A stretch of DNA of 43,633 nt from positions 208,249 to 251,881 of the forward strand of contig CAZWDO010000005.1 of NCBI GenBank assembly GCA_964632485.1, in the 5' to 3' direction. Below are positions 27,901 through 34,201 of the stretch, one piece after another. The translations under genes were made by a program, and so were the position numbers. This stretch comes from an uncultured bacterium. Its GTDB lineage: Bacteria > JAGOEH01. The notes under the pieces were generated by a model. That model saw nothing but the letters and a program-made list of their open reading frames with translations. It was not told where the DNA came from and ran no database searches. Each line of letters begins with the position of its first letter. The first letter of the stretch is position 1.

Positions 27901-29023
27901 CTCAAGGCTTGAGCCTGAAAGTGCCAATATCTGGAATCCTGTAAAATTAGGAAATGCTCCTTTTGCATTTGAAGGTGTCAATAACAGTAAAGGATTGGCC
28001 TTTCTTGTATCGCCTTCTGATGAATGGTTCGAAACTCTAAAGATGGAACCCAACAGTTTACTTCGTCCTTACATAACAGGAGATGACATAACAAGTTCAG
28101 CATTAAACACGGTAAAAAGATGGGCTCTTGACATTGAAGGGAGAGATATTTCCGAAATTACCAGTAAATGGCCAAAAGCCAGCCACTTTTTACATGAAGT
28201 TGTCAAGCCTACTCGAACGCCTGAGGCTCTTAAAAGTTACAAAGGTTTGATTGATAGATGGTGGCAATTTCCAAGGCATCGTTCCGATCTGATGTCAAGG
28301 TTGCGTTTAAATAAACAATTTGTAGCTTATTCGAAAAATACCAAATTCCCATTTGGAATTCTCGCGCCATCCGAATGGATTTATACAAACAAAGTATTGC
28401 TTATAGGTAAAGAGAGAGACGATTTATTTGCAATCACTTTGAGTACAGGGTTTCGTGGTTGGCTCGAAGCTTTTTGTGGAGGGAACTTAGGTGTTACGCT
28501 TACTTTATCTATTAGTGAATCTGTCGACAAATTTCCACTCCCAATACATTCAGTGTCTCCAAAAGGCATCAAAGCCTCAGTGAATTTCGATGAACAAGTC
28601 AAAACCTATAGCAAGCTAAATAGCTGTGGTCTGACAGAAACAATTAACTCGATAAATTCACCAAAATGTACTGACCCCGAAATAATAAATCTAAGAACTC
28701 TTTTGGAAACAATAGATAGAGAAGTTGCCATTGCATATGAATGGGACGGTTTGGAAATCGAATATAACTTTCAAGAACTGCCAGATTCCAATGAGTTGGA
28801 CAAGTGGCGATGGTCGGTTACTGACGGTACAGCCGATAGGGTCAAAAATCTTTTATTAGACCTGAATAGAAAGCGTTACGAAGAGGAGGTCGTCCAAGGT
28901 CTGCACGACACAAAGAAAAAGAAGACCTCGACTCCCCGCAAAAAGAAAACATCCCCGGCCAAAGACGACGGCAATATGGATCTGTTCAACTTCATGAACG
29001 CTTCATCGAAGGGGCCGAAATGA
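24911..29023 (+). CDS. drmMI: DISARM N6-adenine DNA methyltransferase DrmMI (Eco57I/type IIG-like architecture)
   Basis: YEGLL, GTHYTP, DPAMGSG (motif I), YGVD and GNPPF (motif IV), then a C-terminal target-recognition region. Position after drmD. Confidence 0.88.
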   Translation: MKKSFFRLRPSSHQEWLSMIEVSGSFLAVSVLEKIFPQGLESLETYRKKRIRSAYEEWRDAVEEDDPQLPELHRAWIGLVLEELLEYEDSILEAASDKFIYKSPDGDGQFKPDFVLKGDGENNPMLFVSIMPEGTDLEKVKVGDGWPVPVFERMTLLCRDKRVRLGVVTNGERWMLVNAPVGSTSSHVSWYARLWFQEPVTLKAFQSLLGVRRWFGPEEETLPAMLEDSLQHHEEVTDTLGEQVKRAVEMLVQCLDKADQDRNRELLHDVPPAELYEAGLTVMMRLVFVLCAEERGLLLLGDSIYDQYYAISTLRGQLAEEADQHGHEVLERRHDAWTRLLAVFRAVYGGIEHESLRMPALGGSLFDPDRFPFLEGRAKGTHWQETPAQPLPIDNRTVLLLLEALQVLEQRGGALLLSYKALDVEQIGHVYEGLLEHTVRRLKKDTLGLIGSQKAKNPNLTLAELESARLDGDEAVTSIVETSTQRSRSAISNALAKEVDDATFGKIVTVCGGDMELAARLKPFAHLLRTDAWGDFIVYHAHSFAVTLGADRRETGTHYTPKSLTESIVKTTLEPVAYVGPAEGNPREEWTLKSSAELLELKICDPAMGSGAFLVQVCRWLSERLVEAWGKEAGQGKFISVDGVALESAGSAEPMPDSLDERLLIARRLVAEKCLYGVDLNPLAVELAKLSIWLITLAKGRPFGFLDHNLRSGDSLLGLHKLEQLYCFDLHADNKTPKKLFAQKIEEQIKEALALRKQLREIPIRDIRDVQYMERLDQEARQKLEHIEHIADAMIGEALASGGNQQALDNAMDNLSTWAVAYIEGNNETGRKIIAEARKSLSIDLPAGKPPRKPFHWALEFPEVFENNGFDAVVGNPPFLGNRLWRSAMGERFQWQCQLVVGSALGKIDLCVVFHRRVAELLKTSSTYGLLATSNISEGSAIAVGLSEIVKNGDIYFSRKGMAWPGKAAVIVAVVCFYKSKWSGCRDSDGQNCDRIGSRLEPESANIWNPVKLGNAPFAFEGVNNSKGLAFLVSPSDEWFETLKMEPNSLLRPYITGDDITSSALNTVKRWALDIEGRDISEITSKWPKASHFLHEVVKPTRTPEALKSYKGLIDRWWQFPRHRSDLMSRLRLNKQFVAYSKNTKFPFGILAPSEWIYTNKVLLIGKERDDLFAITLSTGFRGWLEAFCGGNLGVTLTLSISESVDKFPLPIHSVSPKGIKASVNFDEQVKTYSKLNSCGLTETINSINSPKCTDPEIINLRTLLETIDREVAIAYEWDGLEIEYNFQELPDSNELDKWRWSVTDGTADRVKNLLLDLNRKRYEEEVVQGLHDTKKKKTSTPRKKKTSPAKDDGNMDLFNFMNASSKGPK
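24920..24947 (+). repeat. 7-bp tandem array, TCATCCT type (right arm after rhuM, inside the drmMI 5' end)
   Basis: TCATTCT-TCCGCCT-TCGTCCT-TCATCCC. Its reverse complement resembles 23828-23848. Confidence 0.75.
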
Positions 29024-29035
29024 TATGGAGGTAAC

Positions 29036-31297
29036 ATGCAAATATCCCTAGTAGATATTCAGAATTTTCGCAAACTGAAAAATTGCAGGATTGTGTTTTC
29101 CGAACAGAAAACGGTTTTTGTCGGGGCCAACAATAGTGGCAAAACCTCAGCGATGGATGCCTTGATCGTATTCCTCAAGAACAAGTGCAGAGATTTTTCC
29201 GTGCGGGATTTTACTCTTTCAAATTGGCGGAACATAAACCAAATAGCATCTGGGTGGATTGACGGTGAACCGGATTTTTCGCACGAATGTTGGCTTCCCT
29301 ATGTGCCGACTCTGGATGTCTGGCTGGATGTCCGAGATAATGAGGTCCATTATGTGAGTCATCTAATTCCAACGCTCGAATGGGCGGGCGGAAAACTCGG
29401 GGTGCGATTGGTTTTTGAACCGAAGAACGCGGAAGAACTCTACAAGACCTACAAGCTGGCATACGAGAGTGCAAAAAAAACCAGCGATGCGCATGGGGGA
29501 ACGCTTAAGTTGTGGCCGAGATCCATGCGTGATTTTCTCGAGAAGGATAATCTGCTTCAGAAGCACTTTGCGATAACGGCATACATTCTTGATCCGGCAA
29601 GATCCGGCGAGTCCGCCCCTCAACCCCTACCGGCAGAGTCGGAGCCGCTTGATGGTGAACCGTTCAAAGGTTTGTTCAAGATTGATATAATCAATGCTCA
29701 AAGAGGATTTTCCGATCCCAATTCAGAAGATGGCGGGAATAGCGACCGCCGTCTGTCATCCCAGCTAAGAAGTTACTTTGAAAAGCACCTTAATCCATCT
29801 GAACTTCCAGAGGCGAGTGATCTTGATGCGCTGGAAGCAATGGACAAGGCCAGGACTGAATTCGACAAGAAACTGAAGGAAAGCTTCAGTGCCTCGATTG
29901 GGGAACTTGAGAACCTGAATTATCCCGGATTCAGCGACCCGAAAATATTGATTGCGAGCGAGGTAGATCCCTTGCAGGGAATCAGGCACGAGGCAGCGGT
30001 TCAGTTCAATGTAGGTTCAGATGGGGGCGAATCTTCTCCTGATGTTTCTCTGTGCTTGCCGGAAAAATACAATGGCCTTGGCTATCAAAACCTCATATCC
30101 ATGATTTTCAGCCTTATACGTTTCCGGGATGAATGGATGCGTGTCGGGAAGGCCGGGAAGAGGGTTGAGGCGGAGGATTCATTTATCGCACCGCTTCATA
30201 TTGTCCTGGTGGAAGAGCCGGAGGCTCATCTTCACGCTCAGGTTCAGCAGGTCTTTATCAAGAAAGCCTATGACGTACTTCGGAACCACGACGATCTCAA
30301 GGACAAACCCGCCTTTTCAACACAGTTGGTTATCAGCACCCATTCCAGCCATATTGCCCATGAAATCGATTTTGTGTGCCTCCGTTACTTCAAACGAAAG
30401 CCTGCGGAGGATGGCAATGGGGTACCTTCCGCCGAGGTCGTGAATCTTTCTACAACATTCGGTGATGGCTCCGATACAGCCAAGTTCGCAAGCCGTTACT
30501 TGAAAACAACCCATTGCGATTTGTTTTTTGCCGACGCGGCCATCCTGATCGAGGGGCCAGCCGAACGCATGCTGGTTCCCCATTTCATCAGGCATCACTA
30601 TACTGAATTGAACCGGTGCTATGTTTGCCTGCTAGAAATAGGAGGAAGCCATGCTCATCAGCTGAGACCATTGATTGAGGCCCTGGGGATTTTGACCCTT
30701 GTGATAACGGACTTGGATTCGCTCAAAAAAGAGCAGGTCGCCTATAGTGAGACCGGGGATGCAAAAACCAAGATTTCCAAAGCTCAACCGGAAAAAGGGA
30801 AAGGCTATGAGACCGGGAACGATACCATCAAATCATGGGTTCCGGGAAAGACCAGCCTTGACGAGGTGCTGGCCACCAGCGGAGGAGACAAGGTAAAGGA
30901 CGGAGTTGTTCGGTCTGCATACCAATACGAGATGGAAATTGAATATGAAGGAAAGAAAACAACCGTCACCCCGTACACCTTCGAGGATGCCATAGTCTTG
31001 AGCAATGTTGATTTCTTCAAAGGGAAGACCGGCTCCAAAGGGCTGATGAAGAAAATGGCTTGCGCTGTGAGCAAGAACACTATTTCAGGGGCTTGTACAG
31101 CCATGTTCAATGCTTTGTCGGAAAATAGCAGGAAAGCCGAGATGGCTTTGGAGTTGCTCTATACATCGGAACCCACAGAGTTGACTCCACCCCTGTATAT
31201 TGCGGAGGGTCTCGCGTGGCTTGAGGAAAACCTAGTTCGGCGGAAGGTGGATTATATTACGCCCGTTGGTGCGGAAAAGGGAGGCAATGATGAGTAA
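29036..31297 (+). CDS. gajA: OLD-family ABC ATPase-TOPRIM nuclease, GajA-like
   Basis: IQNFR, GANNSGKT, EEPEAHLH and STHS ATPase motifs. LFFAD..ILIEG..E, ITDLD and TFED TOPRIM motifs. Followed by a UvrD gene. Confidence 0.75.
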   Translation: MQISLVDIQNFRKLKNCRIVFSEQKTVFVGANNSGKTSAMDALIVFLKNKCRDFSVRDFTLSNWRNINQIASGWIDGEPDFSHECWLPYVPTLDVWLDVRDNEVHYVSHLIPTLEWAGGKLGVRLVFEPKNAEELYKTYKLAYESAKKTSDAHGGTLKLWPRSMRDFLEKDNLLQKHFAITAYILDPARSGESAPQPLPAESEPLDGEPFKGLFKIDIINAQRGFSDPNSEDGGNSDRRLSSQLRSYFEKHLNPSELPEASDLDALEAMDKARTEFDKKLKESFSASIGELENLNYPGFSDPKILIASEVDPLQGIRHEAAVQFNVGSDGGESSPDVSLCLPEKYNGLGYQNLISMIFSLIRFRDEWMRVGKAGKRVEAEDSFIAPLHIVLVEEPEAHLHAQVQQVFIKKAYDVLRNHDDLKDKPAFSTQLVISTHSSHIAHEIDFVCLRYFKRKPAEDGNGVPSAEVVNLSTTFGDGSDTAKFASRYLKTTHCDLFFADAAILIEGPAERMLVPHFIRHHYTELNRCYVCLLEIGGSHAHQLRPLIEALGILTLVITDLDSLKKEQVAYSETGDAKTKISKAQPEKGKGYETGNDTIKSWVPGKTSLDEVLATSGGDKVKDGVVRSAYQYEMEIEYEGKKTTVTPYTFEDAIVLSNVDFFKGKTGSKGLMKKMACAVSKNTISGACTAMFNALSENSRKAEMALELLYTSEPTELTPPLYIAEGLAWLEENLVRRKVDYITPVGAEKGGNDE

Positions 31298-33182
31298 TGA
31301 TGTCGTCCGCCTGCCGGTTAACGACGAAATCTACGCATGTCTGGATCTTGATAACCCGAAAAGCTTTTTTCTTTTCGCAGGTGCTGGTTCCGGCAAGACG
31401 CGGAGTCTTGTCGATGTGTTAACGAAATTTCGTGAAAACAACATAACCCGGCTTCGAAAACACGGACAGAAGGTTGCGGTGATCACCTATACAAACGCTG
31501 CCTGTGACAAGATCAAGCGACGTCTGGATTTTGATTCTTCATTTCATGTTTCCACCATCCACAGTTTTGCATGGGATCTTGTGCGGCCATATACGGCGGA
31601 TATAAAAGCTTGGATCAAAGCATCCCTTGAAGCCGATATAGCTGAACTTCAAGACATGCAGAGCAAGGCCAAGAACACTTCCACCAAAACCTATATTGAC
31701 CGGGGAAGGAAGATCGAGTCCAAGCAGAAGCGGGTGAATTCGCTAAAGGAGATCAGGAAGTTTACCTACAATCCAAACGGAGACAATGTCGGACGAGATT
31801 CGCTGAACCATGCAGAGGTCATCAGCATTGCTGCTAGTTTCATTCAGGAACGGGCGCTCATGCAAAGCATTCTAGTGCGACAATATCCCGTACTTCTAAT
31901 CGATGAGAGTCAGGACACGAAGAAGGAATTGGTGGATGCATTTTCCCGGGTTCAGGAGCTAAAGTCGGATTGCTTCGCCTTGGGCATGTTTGGCGATACC
32001 ATGCAGCGCATCTATGCGGATGGAAAACCCAACCTTGGAGAAGATATACCGGGTTCGTGGGCAAAGCCGGAAAAAACCATCAATTACCGGTGTCCCAAAC
32101 GCGTAATCACGCTCATCAATAAAATACGTTCTGCGGCGGATGGGCAGCAGCAGGAGGCCAGCAAGGAGGACGACGGTCTGGTCCGATTGTTTATAGTTGA
32201 TGCCGAAAGGGCTGTTGACAGGATGGCGGTTGAAGCCACGGTTTTAGAAAACATGGAGGAATGTACCGGAGATGCTGGATGGAATGCATCATCCTTGTCC
32301 GTCAAGGTTCTTACACTGGAGCATCACATGGCTGCTTCGAGGGGTGGCTTTTCTGTTTTCTTTAACGCCCTCTATGCCATCGATAAGTACAAAACCGGAC
32401 TGATCAATGGCTCTCTTGCCGGTGTTGGATTGTTTGCGAATCAAGTTCTTCCCTTTGTGAAGGCGAAAAGCACTGGCAACGAATTCGCCGCGACGAGAAT
32501 TGTACGAAAGCATTCTCCTCTGCTGGACAAAACGGCTCTAAAAGACAGCGGGATTCCTTTGGAGAAAATACGTTTGGCGAATGAAGCGGCATCCAAGTTG
32601 TTTCAGCTGTGGGATGACGGCAAGGACCCCTCGCTGGTTCAAATTCTCCAGACAGTACACCAAAATCAACTGTTCCGAATTCCCGATGTGTTGTTGCCAA
32701 TTGCGGAGCGTTCGGATCAAGATGGTGGTCTAGAGGAAGATGCAGTTGACACAGAGAAAGATCCGATTATCGAGGCATGGGACGCGGCGCTTGAATGCCC
32801 GTTCAGCCGATTCGAAGAATATGTCAGGTATATCTCCGAGGAATCGAGATTTGGCACTCATCAAGGGATCAAGGGATTGGAATTTCCTCGTGTCATGGTG
32901 ATTCTGGATGATGAAGAAGCCCGTGGATTTCTCTTCAGTTATGAAAAGTTATTTGGAGCAAAAGATCCATCCGATACCGACGAGAAAAACGCAGCCGAAG
33001 GGAAGGAAACAAGCATTGATCGTTCCCGGCGGCTTTTTTATGTGACCTGTAGCCGGGCGGAAAAAAGCTTAGCCATTGTTGCCTATACGAAGGATCTTCA
33101 GAAAGTAAAGAGCCATGTCCTTTCGCATGGCTGGTTTGCTGAAAATGAAATACATTTACTAAACACCGGGGTAGAGTCATGA
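31290..33182 (+). CDS. gajB: UvrD/SF1 helicase, GajB-like
   Basis: AGAGSGKT, ITYTNAA, TIHSF, IDESQD, GD..Q.IY, NYRC, THQGIKGLEF and FYVTCSRA motifs. GGAGG precedes ATG 31290. Confidence 0.75.
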   Translation: MSNDVVRLPVNDEIYACLDLDNPKSFFLFAGAGSGKTRSLVDVLTKFRENNITRLRKHGQKVAVITYTNAACDKIKRRLDFDSSFHVSTIHSFAWDLVRPYTADIKAWIKASLEADIAELQDMQSKAKNTSTKTYIDRGRKIESKQKRVNSLKEIRKFTYNPNGDNVGRDSLNHAEVISIAASFIQERALMQSILVRQYPVLLIDESQDTKKELVDAFSRVQELKSDCFALGMFGDTMQRIYADGKPNLGEDIPGSWAKPEKTINYRCPKRVITLINKIRSAADGQQQEASKEDDGLVRLFIVDAERAVDRMAVEATVLENMEECTGDAGWNASSLSVKVLTLEHHMAASRGGFSVFFNALYAIDKYKTGLINGSLAGVGLFANQVLPFVKAKSTGNEFAATRIVRKHSPLLDKTALKDSGIPLEKIRLANEAASKLFQLWDDGKDPSLVQILQTVHQNQLFRIPDVLLPIAERSDQDGGLEEDAVDTEKDPIIEAWDAALECPFSRFEEYVRYISEESRFGTHQGIKGLEFPRVMVILDDEEARGFLFSYEKLFGAKDPSDTDEKNAAEGKETSIDRSRRLFYVTCSRAEKSLAIVAYTKDLQKVKSHVLSHGWFAENEIHLLNTGVES

Positions 33183-34201
33183 AAATAAATTCTTCAAGCA
33201 CCTACACCCCGCCCTTCACCGTCTCCGCCAAGGCGATTTCACTCGTCGCGGAGATTTCGGCGATGATCGAGCGTTATGCGATTCGATTGGAGCGTCAGGA
33301 CTCTTTGCGCCTGCGAAGGGCGAATAAGATAAAAACGATTCATTCCTCGCTGGCGATTGAGGGGAATACTTTGACCGAAAGTCAGGTCTCCGATCTATTG
33401 GATGGAAAGCGGGTGGTCGCTCCAGTTCGCCAAATTCAAGAAGTAAAAAATGCGATCGCCACCTATGACTTAATCACTGAGTTGAATCCGTTTGAGATCA
33501 ATGATCTCTTGCGAGCCCATGGAACGCTGATGTCCGCTCTGGATGACCGTCCGGGACGATTCAGGCTGGGCGGTGTCGGCGTTTTTGCCGGCGAACAATG
33601 TATTCACATGGCACCACCTGCCGATCGGGTTCCAACCTTGATGAACGATCTGTTCAATTGGCTGAAAAGAGCCGAAGACCATCTGCTCATCCGCAGTTGT
33701 GTTTTTCATTATGAATTTGAGTTTATTCACCCTTTTGCTGACGGCAATGGGCGCATGGGACGGCTATGGCAATCGCTTATCCTCGGTCAACTGCATGACG
33801 CATTTCTCGCCTTGCCGGTGGAATCCATGGTGCATGACAACCAGCAGGCCTATTACGATGCGATCAACGAAAGCACGATAAAGGCCGATTGCGGGGCTTT
33901 CATCGACTTCATGCTTACGGAAATTTATGAAGCACTCAAGGTGTGTCAACGAGGGGATGTCACATCGGATGGCGGAGTAAGTGGCGGAGTTAATGGCGGA
34001 GTAAACGACATCCTAAGCTATATTCAAATGAATCCCGGTCATCGAGCCAAAGCCATTGCAAATGCCCTTCAGATTCCCCTGCGTTCGGTGGAGCGTTACC
34101 TCTCCGAGCTGAAAAAGGCAGGCAAGATTGAGTTTCGCGGCGCACCACGAAACGGAGGATATTTTTATATGGATGAAATCGGAGGAATCGAGGATGAATA
34201 A
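33179..34201 (+). CDS. Fic-family protein with C-terminal HTH
   Basis: Intact HPFADGNGRMGR motif, N-terminal SLAIEGN autoinhibitory-type motif, C-terminal IA..L......VERYL..LK..G.I helix-turn-helix. Confidence 0.92.
   Translation: MKINSSSTYTPPFTVSAKAISLVAEISAMIERYAIRLERQDSLRLRRANKIKTIHSSLAIEGNTLTESQVSDLLDGKRVVAPVRQIQEVKNAIATYDLITELNPFEINDLLRAHGTLMSALDDRPGRFRLGGVGVFAGEQCIHMAPPADRVPTLMNDLFNWLKRAEDHLLIRSCVFHYEFEFIHPFADGNGRMGRLWQSLILGQLHDAFLALPVESMVHDNQQAYYDAINESTIKADCGAFIDFMLTEIYEALKVCQRGDVTSDGGVSGGVNGGVNDILSYIQMNPGHRAKAIANALQIPLRSVERYLSELKKAGKIEFRGAPRNGGYFYMDEIGGIEDE
33971..34006 (+). repeat. 3 x 12-bp in-frame tandem repeat (GGVS-GGVN-GGVN linker)
   Basis: GGCGGAGTAAGT-GGCGGAGTTAAT-GGCGGAGTAAAC. 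Confidence 0.85.
34170..34197 (+). repeat. Degenerate AGGATGA-type 7-bp array at the fic/drmA junction
   Basis: TGGATGA-AATCGGA-GGAATCG-AGGATGA, 21/28 identical without gaps to 23828-23855. Confidence 0.5.

Noticed and set aside
29000-33200. Heptamer arms flanking the Gabija-like pair or the 5' side of fic
   Set aside because: Only scattered TTCAT/ATGA words with no convincing 7-bp periodicity, so the cassette model is not supported for these genes.
34128-34193. Upstream extension of drmA given by the ORF track
   Set aside because: It overlaps the fic 3' end. ATG 34194 has the RBS. The track starts for vsr (40572), gajB (31266), tetR (18983) and the LolA-like gene (15516) were trimmed for the same reason.
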